Source of the DNA: an uncultured Clostridia bacterium
GTDB lineage: Bacteria; Bacillota; Clostridia; Lachnospirales; Lachnospiraceae
Reading direction: 5' to 3'
Assembly (NCBI GenBank): GCA_947088195.1
Contig: CAMUFS010000001.1
Span: 1 to 34,595 of the forward strand
DNA: 34,595 nt
In this document: positions 16,418 through 26,653 of the stretch, piece by piece
How positions within the stretch are numbered: the first letter of the stretch is position 1
Layout: each line of letters starts with the position of its first letter
Position numbers and translations under genes: made by a program
The notes under the pieces: generated by a model
Database searches by the model: none
Told to the model about the DNA's origin: nothing
Seen by the model: only the letters and a program-made list of their open reading frames with translations

Positions 16418-18157
16418 ATGGAAAAAACGGATGTTAGGAGAGGGCCAAGATTTAAGATGACAATGCAGCTTTTGCTTCTGTCTATTCTTCCTATGCTGGT
16501 TGCAGTGGTTGTGATAGCTGGGGGAGCAGTGGAAGCTATGAGGCATGGGATGCAGTCTGAGGCGCTGACAGGGCTTGCTGATCTGACGGATTGCATTGCA
16601 GAAAGCTTTGATGTGATAGATAAGGGCGAGTGGCATCTGGAAGGAAAGGAATTATACAAGGGCGAAACAAATTTTTCTGCCAATTTAGAGATGTTTGATG
16701 AATTTGTGGCAAATTCAGATACGGAGATAACATTGTTTTATGGGGATACTCGGTATGTCACTTCGCTGATAGATAAGACGACAGGAAAAAGGCTTGTGGG
16801 CACGGCAGCGTCCGCGCAAGTGACGGACGAGGTGTTAAATAAACAGAGAGCATACGAATCGACGAGTGTGCAGGTGAATGGGGAGGCATATTATGCATAT
16901 TATATGCCTTTGAGGGATAAAAATACAAGTCAGGTAATTGGCATGGTGTTTGCCGGAAAGCCGAGCCGGGATGTGGATACATTTATTGGCAGTCGAGTCA
17001 ATAATATTATAGGCACGGCGGTAGTGATGATTGTTGTTACAATTATAGTTTGTGTTTTGGTTGGCGGAAGGATCGCAAGGAGCATTAGCAAGATGGAGGA
17101 GGTTGTCCGGGAGCTTGGAACAGGCAACTTGACAGTAAAGCCATCAGCAAGTCTGTTAAAAAAGACAGATGAGATCGGTGCTATGGCGCGGGAATTGGAA
17201 AGCTTTCGAATAACATTGTCGGATATTGTGTCTGACATTAAGCAGTCGGCGGCAGAATTAGCCACGACAGGGGAGAATCTCGATCAGATGGCCGTTCAGA
17301 CAAACAGCTCTACCAATGAGATCAGCATTGCGGTGGAGGGTGTCTCCAAAGGTGCATTGTCGCAGGCTGAGGAGATTGAGACAGCGACACAGCAGATCTC
17401 GAATATGGGAAATGAAATTGGTGAGATTGTGCAGAGAGTGGGCAGGTTGGATCGCATTGCCTCAGAGATGAAAAAGGCGGGAGAGGTCTCTGGTGAGATT
17501 GTACAAGATCTAAGTCATTCTAATGACAAAACTGTGGAGGCGATTGAGCGGATTGGAAGGCAGGTATTTGCCACAAATGAATCGGTGGAGAAGATACGGA
17601 CAGCGGTCAATGCAATCACAGGAATTGCCAATCAGACCAATCTGCTTTCACTAAATGCAAGCATTGAGGCGGCGCGCGCAGGGGATCAGGGAAAGGGCTT
17701 TGCTGTCGTGGCCTCTCAGATTCAAAAGCTTGCGGAGCAGTCTGGGCAATCGGCAAAGGAGATAGAGAATATTGTGAATGTCCTCTACAATGAGTCAGAG
17801 ATGTCGGTGGCTGCCATGGAGGAGATGCGAGGGATTATCAAGGAACAGGAGGATAAGCTTAGCGAGACAACCGAGCAATTTGACAAGGTAAACGAGGGAA
17901 TCATAGTTTCAAGAGATGAGACTTTAAATATTAAAGAAAAAACAGATGGCTGCAACCGTTCTAGGGACAGGGTTGTGGATGTGATGGCGAATCTTTCCGC
18001 CATCTCAGAGGAAAATGCGGCGTCCACGGAGGAGACAATGGCGTCCATGCAGGAGTTGAACGCAACGATTCATATTCTTGCAGATGAGGCGATGAAGGTC
18101 AGGGATATGTCGCAGAAGCTTGAGGATAAGTTTAGAATTTTTAAATTGCAGATATAA
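16418..18157 (+). CDS. Methyl-accepting chemotaxis protein (two TM helices, Cache-like sensor, HAMP, MCP signalling domain)
   Basis: Highly conserved signalling hairpin (IANQTNLLSLNASIEAARAGDQGKGFAVVASQIQKLAEQS). The ATG at 16418 is preceded by AAGGAG; the track start is 16322. Confidence 0.9.
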   Translation: MEKTDVRRGPRFKMTMQLLLLSILPMLVAVVVIAGGAVEAMRHGMQSEALTGLADLTDCIAESFDVIDKGEWHLEGKELYKGETNFSANLEMFDEFVANSDTEITLFYGDTRYVTSLIDKTTGKRLVGTAASAQVTDEVLNKQRAYESTSVQVNGEAYYAYYMPLRDKNTSQVIGMVFAGKPSRDVDTFIGSRVNNIIGTAVVMIVVTIIVCVLVGGRIARSISKMEEVVRELGTGNLTVKPSASLLKKTDEIGAMARELESFRITLSDIVSDIKQSAAELATTGENLDQMAVQTNSSTNEISIAVEGVSKGALSQAEEIETATQQISNMGNEIGEIVQRVGRLDRIASEMKKAGEVSGEIVQDLSHSNDKTVEAIERIGRQVFATNESVEKIRTAVNAITGIANQTNLLSLNASIEAARAGDQGKGFAVVASQIQKLAEQSGQSAKEIENIVNVLYNESEMSVAAMEEMRGIIKEQEDKLSETTEQFDKVNEGIIVSRDETLNIKEKTDGCNRSRDRVVDVMANLSAISEENAASTEETMASMQELNATIHILADEAMKVRDMSQKLEDKFRIFKLQI

Positions 18158-18198
18158 GGGATAACGATGCAGTTTATCACAAGCAGTATTGGCAGAGA

Positions 18199-18226
18199 AT
18201 GGGGTGTTCGGTGTCGGACACCCCAT
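18199..18226 (+). terminator. GC-rich hairpin after the chemoreceptor gene (no U-tract)
   Basis: ATGGGGTGTTCG (18199-18210) / CGGACACCCCAT (18215-18226) with one G:T and loop GTGT. It is followed by CTATGTG, so it is weak as an intrinsic terminator. Confidence 0.4.
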
Positions 18227-18328
18227 CTATGTGCAAGTCTTTGAAAAGAAATATGGCTTAAATATAGGGATATATAGGCAATATAACATAAGAAAAGATA
18301 GGCAGAAAGGAATGGAAGGAGTTAAGGT

Positions 18329-19264
18329 ATGCATAGTGTAAAGCTGTCGAAGGTAATTGAGAAAATGAGGTTAAAAAATCTGACGCCGGATATTGATGTC
18401 AATGGAATCCGCATTACACAGCCTGATATTAACCGGCCGGCTCTTCAGCTCACAGGTTTTTTTGATCATTTTGATTCGGAGCGCATCCAGATCGTCGGTT
18501 ATGTGGAGGCCGCGTATCTGGAGAATCTGGATGATGAGAGGAAGATGAAGATATACAATCAGCTTTTGTCCAGCAATATTCCATGTTTGGTTTTTTGCAG
18601 GGAGCTTAAGCCAGATCAGGAGTTGTTGGATCTCGCCGCGCATTATGCGGTTCCTATCCTGATGACGCCAAACAGCACATCCTCCTTTATGGCGGAGGTA
18701 ATACGTTGGCTGAAGGTTCAGCTTGCGCCTACCATTACGATTCATGGTGTGTTGGTGGATGTGTATGGAGAAGGTGTGCTGATTATGGGAGAGAGCGGGA
18801 TCGGCAAGAGCGAGGCGGCGCTGGAGCTGATAAAAAGAGGACATCGTCTTGTCACGGATGATGTGGTGGAGATTCATAAGGTAAGTGAGGAGACACTGAT
18901 AGGTACTGCCCCAGAGGTGACAAAGCACTTGATTGAGCTTAGGGGAATTGGCATTATTGATGTAAAATCATTGTTTGGTATTGAAAGTGTGAAGGACACC
19001 CAGTCGATCGATATGGTGATTAAGCTGGAAGATTGGAATAAGGACACAGAATACGATCGTCTAGGCATGGAGGAAGAATATACAGAGTTTCTTGGCAACA
19101 AAGTGATATGTCATGCACTTCCTGTGCGTCCGGGCAGAAATTTGGCTGTTATTGTGGAGACTGCCGCGGTCAACTATAGACAGAAAAAGATGGGATACAA
19201 TGCGGCGAAGGAATTGTATAACCGTGTACAGAAAAACTTGGCAAGGCGTGACGAAGAGGATTGA
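18329..19264 (+). CDS. hprK: HPr kinase/phosphorylase
   Basis: Walker A motif GESGIGKSEAALELIKRGHRLVTDD and the signature LRGIGIIDV. SD AAGGAG upstream. Confidence 0.95.
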   Translation: MHSVKLSKVIEKMRLKNLTPDIDVNGIRITQPDINRPALQLTGFFDHFDSERIQIVGYVEAAYLENLDDERKMKIYNQLLSSNIPCLVFCRELKPDQELLDLAAHYAVPILMTPNSTSSFMAEVIRWLKVQLAPTITIHGVLVDVYGEGVLIMGESGIGKSEAALELIKRGHRLVTDDVVEIHKVSEETLIGTAPEVTKHLIELRGIGIIDVKSLFGIESVKDTQSIDMVIKLEDWNKDTEYDRLGMEEEYTEFLGNKVICHALPVRPGRNLAVIVETAAVNYRQKKMGYNAAKELYNRVQKNLARRDEED

Positions 19265-19297
19265 GAAAGAAGCGTGCAGCGCGGAAAAGAGGGTAAG

Positions 19298-20227
19298 ATG
19301 AAAAATATACGAATAGGGATCGATCTGGGAGGGACACAAGTAAAGTTTGGTATTTTTCAAGGAGAGGTTCTGGCAGATAAGTGGGAGATTCCGACAAGAC
19401 GGGAGGATAATGGTTCTTATATATTGAGGGATATCACGGATAGTATAGAGAATCGAATAAAACAGAAGAATATCAGCAAAGAAGAGATTCTCGGTGCAGG
19501 GATAGGTGTGCCTGGTCCTATGGACGAAAAAGGGATTGTCCATAGTTGTGTCAATCTGGGCTGGGGTGTATTCTCCGTAGAGGAAGAGCTTGGAAAGCTT
19601 TTGAACATTCCCGTAAAGGCAGGAAATGACGCGAATGTGGCGGCACTTGGTGAGCTGTGGCAGGGCGGTGGCAAAGGCTATCGTGATATGGTGATGATCA
19701 CGCTTGGAACTGGAGTGGGCGGCGGTATTATACTGGATGGAAAGATCCGGGCAGGTGTTCATGGAGCAGGAGGAGAAATTGGACATATGTCGGTTGTCTA
19801 TGACGAGACAGAGGCATGTAACTGTGGGAAGAAGGGCTGTCTGGAACAGGTGGCTTCCGCAACCGGTATTGTGAGGACGGCGGCAAAGCTTCTTAAGAAC
19901 AGCGATAAACCATCTACCTTGAGAGATATTGCGAATTTTACGGCAAAGGATATTTTCGATGAGGCGAAGAAGGGGGATGCGGTAGCGACTGCAGCGGTGG
20001 AAAAGCTTGGTGAATATCTTGGAATTGCGACCGCTCATATCGCCTGTGTGATAGATCCAGAGATCTTTGTGATTGGCGGTGGTGTTTCTAAGGCAGGTGA
20101 GGTTCTAATCCGCACAATTAAGAAATATTATAAGGAGAAGGCATTTAAGGGGTGCACAGAGACCGTGTTTGCTCTCGCAACTCTGGGAAATGATGCTGGA
20201 ATATATGGGGCGGCAAAGCTTCTGTAA
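19298..20227 (+). CDS. glcK: ROK-family glucokinase
   Basis: IGIDLGGTQVKFG ATP-binding motif and the ROK zinc motif GHM...CNCGKKGCLE. The ATG at 19298 follows GAGGGTAAG; the track start is 19274. Confidence 0.9.
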   Translation: MKNIRIGIDLGGTQVKFGIFQGEVLADKWEIPTRREDNGSYILRDITDSIENRIKQKNISKEEILGAGIGVPGPMDEKGIVHSCVNLGWGVFSVEEELGKLLNIPVKAGNDANVAALGELWQGGGKGYRDMVMITLGTGVGGGIILDGKIRAGVHGAGGEIGHMSVVYDETEACNCGKKGCLEQVASATGIVRTAAKLLKNSDKPSTLRDIANFTAKDIFDEAKKGDAVATAAVEKLGEYLGIATAHIACVIDPEIFVIGGGVSKAGEVLIRTIKKYYKEKAFKGCTETVFALATLGNDAGIYGAAKLL

Positions 20228-20238
20228 CAGCCGCAGAA

Positions 20239-21168
20239 ATGAGGGAAATATTGAGACGGGAGTTTGAAGTGGAGCTTAGGCAGTTGCTTCCTGAGGAGAG
20301 AATTTATTGTGGAGAACCTATGAAGGAACATACGACATTTCGTGTGGGAGGAAAAGCGGAGTATTTTCTTGTACCATCCACGGTGGAGGAGATAGAAGCA
20401 TTGATACGGCTCTGTAAGACTTATCAGCTTCCGTATCTTGTGATGGGAAACGGCAGTAATCTCTTGGTGGGAGACAAGGGCTTTGATGGTGTGATTCTTA
20501 GGCTGGGCAAGGAATTTGGCAAGATAGAGGTGGACGGAAGAACAAGGAGAATCAAGGCACAGGCGGGGGCTCTTCTCACAAAAATAACGCAGGAGGCGGC
20601 CGAGCATTCTCTTTCTGGTCTTGTATTTGCCACAGGAATACCGGGAAGCCTTGGCGGGGCAGTCGCCATGAATGCCGGAGCTTACGGGGGTGAGATTAGC
20701 CATGTGGTGGAATCGGTGCAGATTCTTACTGTGGATGGAGAACAGAAGGTTTTTACTAAGCAGGAGATGAATTTTGGATACCGCCACAGTGTGGTTCAGG
20801 AACAGAGCTGTATTGTGCTTTCTGTCGATTTTAGCCTTGAGGATGGAGATAGGGAGGAGCTTTTCTCTAAGATGAGGGAGCTTTCTGCCCGGCGTAAGGA
20901 AAAACAGCCGTTGGAATATGCAAGTGCCGGAAGCACTTTTAAACGCCCGGAGGGATATTTTGCCGGCAAGCTAATTATGGAGTCAGGGCTTTCTGGCTAC
21001 CGTGTGGGTGGTGCACAGGTATCTGAGAAGCACTGTGGTTTTATTGTAAATACTGGTGGTGCAACTGCGGCTGATGTGGTGGCGGTGATGCGGCATGTAC
21101 AGAAGACAGTGATGGAAAAGCATGGTGTTATGCTGGAGCCTGAGGTGAGGTTTGCCGGAAGGTTTTAG
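20239..21168 (+). CDS. murB: UDP-N-acetylenolpyruvoylglucosamine reductase
   Basis: FAD-binding N-terminus (TTFRVGGKAEYF, GNGSNLLV) and MurB C-terminal blocks (GSTFKRP, GGAQVSEKHCGFIVN). Confidence 0.95.
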   Translation: MREILRREFEVELRQLLPEERIYCGEPMKEHTTFRVGGKAEYFLVPSTVEEIEALIRLCKTYQLPYLVMGNGSNLLVGDKGFDGVILRLGKEFGKIEVDGRTRRIKAQAGALLTKITQEAAEHSLSGLVFATGIPGSLGGAVAMNAGAYGGEISHVVESVQILTVDGEQKVFTKQEMNFGYRHSVVQEQSCIVLSVDFSLEDGDREELFSKMRELSARRKEKQPLEYASAGSTFKRPEGYFAGKLIMESGLSGYRVGGAQVSEKHCGFIVNTGGATAADVVAVMRHVQKTVMEKHGVMLEPEVRFAGRF

Positions 21169-21186
21169 AATGCTTGGAGGTTGAAT

Positions 21187-22074
21187 ATGCGGTTTGTGAT
21201 AGTGACAGGGATGTCTGGTGCAGGAAAAAGTACAGCGCTCAGGGTGCTTGAGGATGCAGGATTCTTCTGTGTGGATAATCTTCCGATTGCGTTGGTTTCC
21301 AAGTTTGCAGATTTGATTTTTACCCGAAACCAAGAGATCACAAAGGCGGCTCTGGGAATTGATATTAGAAGCGGACAGGCTTTGGAGGCAGGGCTTAAGC
21401 AGGTTCTTGAGGAGATGACGGCAAAGAATTATAATTATGAGATTCTGTTTTTGGACGCGATGGACGAGGTTTTGATTAAGCGCTATAAGGAGACAAGAAG
21501 AAGCCATCCATTGTCCGTGGATGGAAGAATTAACAGAGGGCTTGCGACGGAGAGAGAAAGAGTTGAATTTCTAAAAAAACAGGCCGATTATATTCTGGAT
21601 ACGAGCCAGCTTTTGACGCGCGAGCTTAAGATTGAGATAGAAAAGATATTTATACAGGATGAGAGTTTTAAGAATTTATTTATCACTGTGCTTTCGTTTG
21701 GCTTTAAATATGGGATTCCCCAGGATGCGGATCTAGCGTTTGATGTTCGGTTCCTTCCCAATCCCTATTACATTGAAGAGCTGCGTTTTAAGACAGGAAA
21801 TGATAAAGAAATTCAGGATTATGTGATGGGCTTTGAGCCTGCTCATGTTTTTGTGGATAAGCTGGAGGATATGCTTAAGTTTTTAATTCCAAATTATATT
21901 CTGGAAGGTAAAAATCAGCTTGTAATAGCGATTGGATGTACGGGCGGCAAGCATCGATCGGTGACTTTGGCGAATGAGCTATATCGAAGGCTTAAGGTTG
22001 AGGGAGCTGGTTATGGAATTAAGATTGAGCATCGTGATATAGAGAAGGATGCAAAGCGCAAAGCACTAAAGTAG
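21187..22074 (+). CDS. rapZ: RNase adapter / nucleotide-binding protein RapZ (YvcJ)
   Basis: VTGMSGAGKS P-loop, FCVDNLP, FLDA and IGCTGGKHRSV motifs. The ATG at 21187 lies 6 nt after GGAGG. Confidence 0.9.
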   Translation: MRFVIVTGMSGAGKSTALRVLEDAGFFCVDNLPIALVSKFADLIFTRNQEITKAALGIDIRSGQALEAGLKQVLEEMTAKNYNYEILFLDAMDEVLIKRYKETRRSHPLSVDGRINRGLATERERVEFLKKQADYILDTSQLLTRELKIEIEKIFIQDESFKNLFITVLSFGFKYGIPQDADLAFDVRFLPNPYYIEELRFKTGNDKEIQDYVMGFEPAHVFVDKLEDMLKFLIPNYILEGKNQLVIAIGCTGGKHRSVTLANELYRRLKVEGAGYGIKIEHRDIEKDAKRKALK

Positions 22075-22102
22075 AAGGATAACAAAGCATGGAGGCGTGA
22101 TT

Positions 22103-23080
22103 ATGTCTTTTTCCAGTGAGGTTAAGGATGAATTGTCTCGTCAGCTCTCGCAGGCGAGACATTGCCAGATCGCAGAAGCAGCAGCAATTATAAGCTTGTG
22201 TGGCAGAATACTGATATCCGCTGAGGATAAATATTGTATAAAAATTCACACAGAAAATATCGCGGTGGCGAGAAAGTATTTTACTCTGCTTAAGAAAACA
22301 TTTCATGCGGATACGGAAATTTCTATTAAACAGAATGTATACTTTAAAAAAAATAAGCTTTATACTGTGACCGTGGGAAATCATGAGGATGCCATACGGA
22401 TTCTAAAGGCTGTCAGATTGATAGACGAGCATCAGGAGATAGGGGAAAATCTGTCTGTGGTAGGTAATCTTGTGGTGCAGCAGCCATGCTGTAAGCGAGC
22501 TTTTATTCGAGGGGCCTTTCTCGCTGCAGGTTCTATCAGTGATCCAGAGAAGGCATATCATTTCGAGATCGTGTGTGCGACGATGGAGAAGGCGGAGCAG
22601 CTTCGGGAGATTATCGCTGAATTTTCAATCGAGGCAAAGATTGTCAGGCGAAAACAATATTTTATTGTATATATTAAAGAAGGTGCACAGATAGTGGATA
22701 TCCTAAATGTTATGGAGGCTCATGTGGCGCTGATGAATCTTGAGAATGTTCGGATTCTTAAGGATATGAGAAATTCTGTGAACCGCAGAGTCAACTGTGA
22801 GACAGCGAATATTAATAAGACGGTTTCAGCGGCTGTCAGACAGATAGAGGACATTCAATATATCAGGGATACCATAGGGCTTGGCTCACTTTCAGAAGGG
22901 CTCTCAGAGATTGCCAGCAGACGTCTTGAACAACCGGAGGCGACACTGAAAGAGCTGGGAGAGATGCTGCATCCTCCTGTGGGAAAATCCGGTGTGAATC
23001 ACAGACTGAGAAAGCTTAGTGGAATTGCAGAATCTCTCAGAAAGGAAAGAGAGAGAAACGTACAGGAAAAAAAGGAGTAA
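22103..23080 (+). CDS. whiA: DNA-binding sporulation/cell-division regulator WhiA
   Basis: N-terminal SFSSEVKDELS, LAGLIDADG-like middle domains and a C-terminal HTH (SGVNHRLRKL). The ATG at 22103 follows GGAGG. Confidence 0.9.
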   Translation: MSFSSEVKDELSRQLSQARHCQIAEAAAIISLCGRILISAEDKYCIKIHTENIAVARKYFTLLKKTFHADTEISIKQNVYFKKNKLYTVTVGNHEDAIRILKAVRLIDEHQEIGENLSVVGNLVVQQPCCKRAFIRGAFLAAGSISDPEKAYHFEIVCATMEKAEQLREIIAEFSIEAKIVRRKQYFIVYIKEGAQIVDILNVMEAHVALMNLENVRILKDMRNSVNRRVNCETANINKTVSAAVRQIEDIQYIRDTIGLGSLSEGLSEIASRRLEQPEATLKELGEMLHPPVGKSGVNHRLRKLSGIAESLRKERERNVQEKKE

Positions 23081-23086
23081 CAAAGG

Positions 23087-26000
23087 ATGGCATTTACACA
23101 TCTGCATGTGCATACAGAATATAGCCTGTTGGATGGTTCTAGCAAGATAGAAGAGCTGGCGGACAGGGTGAAGGAGCTTCAAATGGACAGCGTCGCTATC
23201 ACCGATCACGGCGTGATGTATGGCGTAATAGACTTTTACCGTGCCTGTAAGGCAAGGGATATTAAGCCTATTATTGGTTGTGAGGTCTATGTGGCTCCCG
23301 GTTCCCGCTTTGATAAGGAAACGAACGGCGGTGAGGACCGGTATTATCATTTGGTTCTGCTGGCGGAGAATAATAAAGGCTATGCCAATTTGATGAAGCT
23401 GGTGTCAAAGGGGTTTGTGGAGGGTTTTTATTATAAGCCTCGTGTAGATTATGAGGTTCTGGAAGCTTATCATGAGGGGCTTATTGCTTTGAGTGCGTGT
23501 CTTGCCGGAGAGATACCAAGGTATCTGGAACGAGGCATGTACGAGGAGGGAAAAAATGCTGCACTTCGATATGAGAAAATATTTGGCAAGGGAAATTTCT
23601 TTCTTGAGCTTCAAGATCACGGGATAGCGGCACAAAAGACGGTGAATCAGCAGCTTTTGCGTCTAAGCCGTGATACGGGGATCGATTTGGTGGCGACAAA
23701 TGATTCTCATTATACGTATGACAGCGATGTGGAGGCACATGATATTCTGCTCTGTATCCAGACAGGCAAACATGTCAGTGATGAGAATCGAATGCGCTAT
23801 GAGGGTGGGCAGTATTACATCAAATCTCAGGAGGAGATGGAAAAACTGTTCCCCTACGCAAAAGAGGCGATAGAAAATACCCATAAGATCGCAGAGCGCT
23901 GTAATGTGGAGATTGAATTTGGTGTGACCAAGCTTCCAAAATATGATGTGCCTGAGGGATTTACTTCTTGGGAATATCTAAATAAGCTTTGCTTTGAGGG
24001 GCTTGCGCGCCGCTATCCAGAGGGCGGCAAGGAAATTCACGATCAGCTCACATATGAATTAAGTGTTATTCAGACAATGGGATATGTGGATTATTTTCTG
24101 ATTGTGTGGGACTTTATTCATTTTGCAAAGGAGAATGGGATTGCTGTGGGACCGGGACGTGGCTCTGCTGCGGGAAGTATCGTTGCGTATTCCTTGGAGA
24201 TCACGGATATAGATCCCATTCGCTATGGATTGGTGTTTGAGCGTTTTCTAAATCCTGAGAGAGTGTCCATGCCTGATATTGATGTGGACTTCTGCTACGA
24301 GAGACGGCAGGAAGTGATTGATTATGTTGTGAGAAAGTATGGGAAAGACCGGGTGGTTCAGATTGTCACCTTTGGTACTCTGGCGGCGAGAGGTGTGATT
24401 CGTGATGTGGGGCGCGTGCTCGATATGCCTTATGCGGCGGTGGATAATATTGCAAAAATGATACCAAAGGATGAGCTGAATATCACAATTAACAGGGCGA
24501 TGGAGATCAACCCTGAGCTAAGGCGAGCGTATGAGGAACAGCCGGAAGTAAAATATTTGATTGATATGGCAAAGCGCCTTGAGGGGCTTCCAAGACATAC
24601 TTCCATGCATGCCGCAGGGGTGGTGATCAGCCAAAAGTCGGTGGATGAGTATGTGCCGCTCTCTCGCGCCTCCGACGGTTCTATCACAACACAATTTACC
24701 ATGACAACGTTAGAAAATCTGGGACTTCTTAAAATGGATTTTCTGGGACTTCGGACTCTCACTGTCATTCGTGACGCGGTCAACCTTTTGAAAAAAAGCC
24801 AAAATATCGAGCTTGATATGATGGCGGTGGATTATGACGATCCACAGGTTTTAAGTTCGCTTGGAACAGGAAGAACAGATGGTGTTTTTCAGCTTGAGAG
24901 CGGTGGCATGAAAGGCTTTATTCGAGAGCTAAAGCCACAGAGCTTGGAGGATATTATCGCTGGAATCTCACTGTATCGTCCGGGACCGATGGACTTTATT
25001 CCTCAGTACTTAAAGGGAAAAAATCACCCTGAGTTGGTAAAATATGACTGTCCGCAGCTTGAACCAATATTAAAACCTACCTATGGCTGTATCGTCTATC
25101 AGGAGCAGGTTATGCAGATTGTCCGCGATCTGGCGGGTTATACTATGTCGCGCAGTGATGAAGTGCGCAAAGCAATGTCAAAGAAAAAGACGGCTGTGAT
25201 GGAGCGTGAGAGAAAGAATTTTGTGTACGGCAATAAGGAGGAGAATGTTCCGGGCTGTTTGGCAAATGGCATAGATGAAAAGACTGCCAATAAGATCTAT
25301 GATGAGATGATTGATTTTGCTAAATATGCTTTTAATAAATCTCATGCGGCTGCATATGCTGTAGTTTCTTATCAGACAGCATATTTAAAATATTATTATC
25401 CAGTGGAATTTATGGCCGCACTTATGACTTCTGTGATAGACAATGCCAATAAAATATCAGAATATGTTCTTACATGCAGACAGATGGAGATCCCCATTCT
25501 TCCTCCTGATATTAATGAGAGTGAGAGCGCTTTCTCCGTGTCAGAGAGCTCCATTCGCTATGGACTAAATGCGGTAAAGAGTGTTGGAAAAACGGTGGTG
25601 GAGGCGATTGTCAAGGAGCGGGAGGAGCGTGGAAGATATAAAAGCTTAGAGGATTTTATTGATCGCATGAGCGGGAAGGATATTAACCGACGCACGGTGG
25701 AAAATCTGATAAAAGCAGGTGCGTTTGACAGTATGGGAGCGACAAGAAAGCAGTATGTCAGCGTTTATGCCGCGATTATGGAACAGATAAGTGAGAAAAG
25801 AAAAAAATCAGTGGCAGGGCAGATGAGCCTATTTGATTTTGTGTCAGAGGAAGAAAAGCAAAATTATGAGATAAAAATACCAGATGTGGGAGAATATAAA
25901 AAAGAGCTTCTTCTTGCGTTTGAGAAGGAGGTTCTTGGCTTTTATATTAGCGGACATCCATTGGAAGAATATGAAGGGTTCTGGAGAAAGAATATAACAG

Positions 26001-26572
26001 CGATGACTTCAGATTTTATTGTGGATGAGGAAACACAGGAGAGTAAGGTATATGACGGACAGCAGGTATGGATTGGCGGTATGATCACTTCAAAAAAGGT
26101 AAAGACGACCAAGACAAATAAGATGATGGCATTTATTGCGGTGGAGGATCTGGTCGGTTCTGTGGAAGTTATTATCTTTCCGCGAGATTATGACAAAAAC
26201 AAGGATAAGCTTACGGAGGAGAATAAGGTATTTATTCGTGGAAGGGTATCTGTGGACGAAGAGGAGAGAGGAAAGCTTATCTGTGAAAAGATTGTGGCGT
26301 TTGATGATGTGCCACGGCAGCTTTGGGTGCAGTTTTCCTGTATGGATGAATACAAAAAGAAAAATCAGTTGTTAAGTGATCTCACAAGAGATTCCGATGG
26401 CAATGACGCTGTGGGCGTATTTCTAGCGAAGGAGAAGGCACAAAAGATCCTTCCGCCAAGTCAAAATGTCAAAATAAACAGAGAGCTGCTTGAAAGATTG
26501 TATCAGGAATTTGGTGAAAATAATGTGAAGGTTGTTGATAAAGGTATTGAAAACATTTCCAAAATGAATTAG
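23087..26572 (+). CDS. dnaE: DNA polymerase III alpha subunit (DnaE type)
   Basis: PHP domain (FTHLHVHTEYSLLDG), the polymerase core (PDIDVDF, GLLKMDFLGLRTL, FNKSHAAAYA) and a C-terminal OB fold. 1161 aa. Confidence 0.97.
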   Translation: MAFTHLHVHTEYSLLDGSSKIEELADRVKELQMDSVAITDHGVMYGVIDFYRACKARDIKPIIGCEVYVAPGSRFDKETNGGEDRYYHLVLLAENNKGYANLMKLVSKGFVEGFYYKPRVDYEVLEAYHEGLIALSACLAGEIPRYLERGMYEEGKNAALRYEKIFGKGNFFLELQDHGIAAQKTVNQQLLRLSRDTGIDLVATNDSHYTYDSDVEAHDILLCIQTGKHVSDENRMRYEGGQYYIKSQEEMEKLFPYAKEAIENTHKIAERCNVEIEFGVTKLPKYDVPEGFTSWEYLNKLCFEGLARRYPEGGKEIHDQLTYELSVIQTMGYVDYFLIVWDFIHFAKENGIAVGPGRGSAAGSIVAYSLEITDIDPIRYGLVFERFLNPERVSMPDIDVDFCYERRQEVIDYVVRKYGKDRVVQIVTFGTLAARGVIRDVGRVLDMPYAAVDNIAKMIPKDELNITINRAMEINPELRRAYEEQPEVKYLIDMAKRLEGLPRHTSMHAAGVVISQKSVDEYVPLSRASDGSITTQFTMTTLENLGLLKMDFLGLRTLTVIRDAVNLLKKSQNIELDMMAVDYDDPQVLSSLGTGRTDGVFQLESGGMKGFIRELKPQSLEDIIAGISLYRPGPMDFIPQYLKGKNHPELVKYDCPQLEPILKPTYGCIVYQEQVMQIVRDLAGYTMSRSDEVRKAMSKKKTAVMERERKNFVYGNKEENVPGCLANGIDEKTANKIYDEMIDFAKYAFNKSHAAAYAVVSYQTAYLKYYYPVEFMAALMTSVIDNANKISEYVLTCRQMEIPILPPDINESESAFSVSESSIRYGLNAVKSVGKTVVEAIVKEREERGRYKSLEDFIDRMSGKDINRRTVENLIKAGAFDSMGATRKQYVSVYAAIMEQISEKRKKSVAGQMSLFDFVSEEEKQNYEIKIPDVGEYKKELLLAFEKEVLGFYISGHPLEEYEGFWRKNITAMTSDFIVDEETQESKVYDGQQVWIGGMITSKKVKTTKTNKMMAFIAVEDLVGSVEVIIFPRDYDKNKDKLTEENKVFIRGRVSVDEEERGKLICEKIVAFDDVPRQLWVQFSCMDEYKKKNQLLSDLTRDSDGNDAVGVFLAKEKAQKILPPSQNVKINRELLERLYQEFGENNVKVVDKGIENISKMN

Positions 26573-26653
26573 AATAGTGCTGGATACGTTGGAGAGGCAT
26601 TTTCCCTTCAGTGAATCGGCAAAGGAACAGACAGGGAATGGGAGGAGTCAGTT

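Noticed and set aside
19061-20038. 325-aa minus-strand ORF, the longest unexplained ORF in the track. Similar long antisense ORFs occur at 20128-20787, 20983-21507, 26798-27421, 27595-28194, 9811-10416, 18371-18928 and 29359-29844.
   Set aside because: All lie entirely antisense to genes with unambiguous family motifs (glcK, murB, rapZ, pfkA, trmH, pflB, hprK, sleB-like). They are Cys/His/Ile/Leu/Arg-rich with no SD and no recognisable domain. These are typical shadow ORFs.
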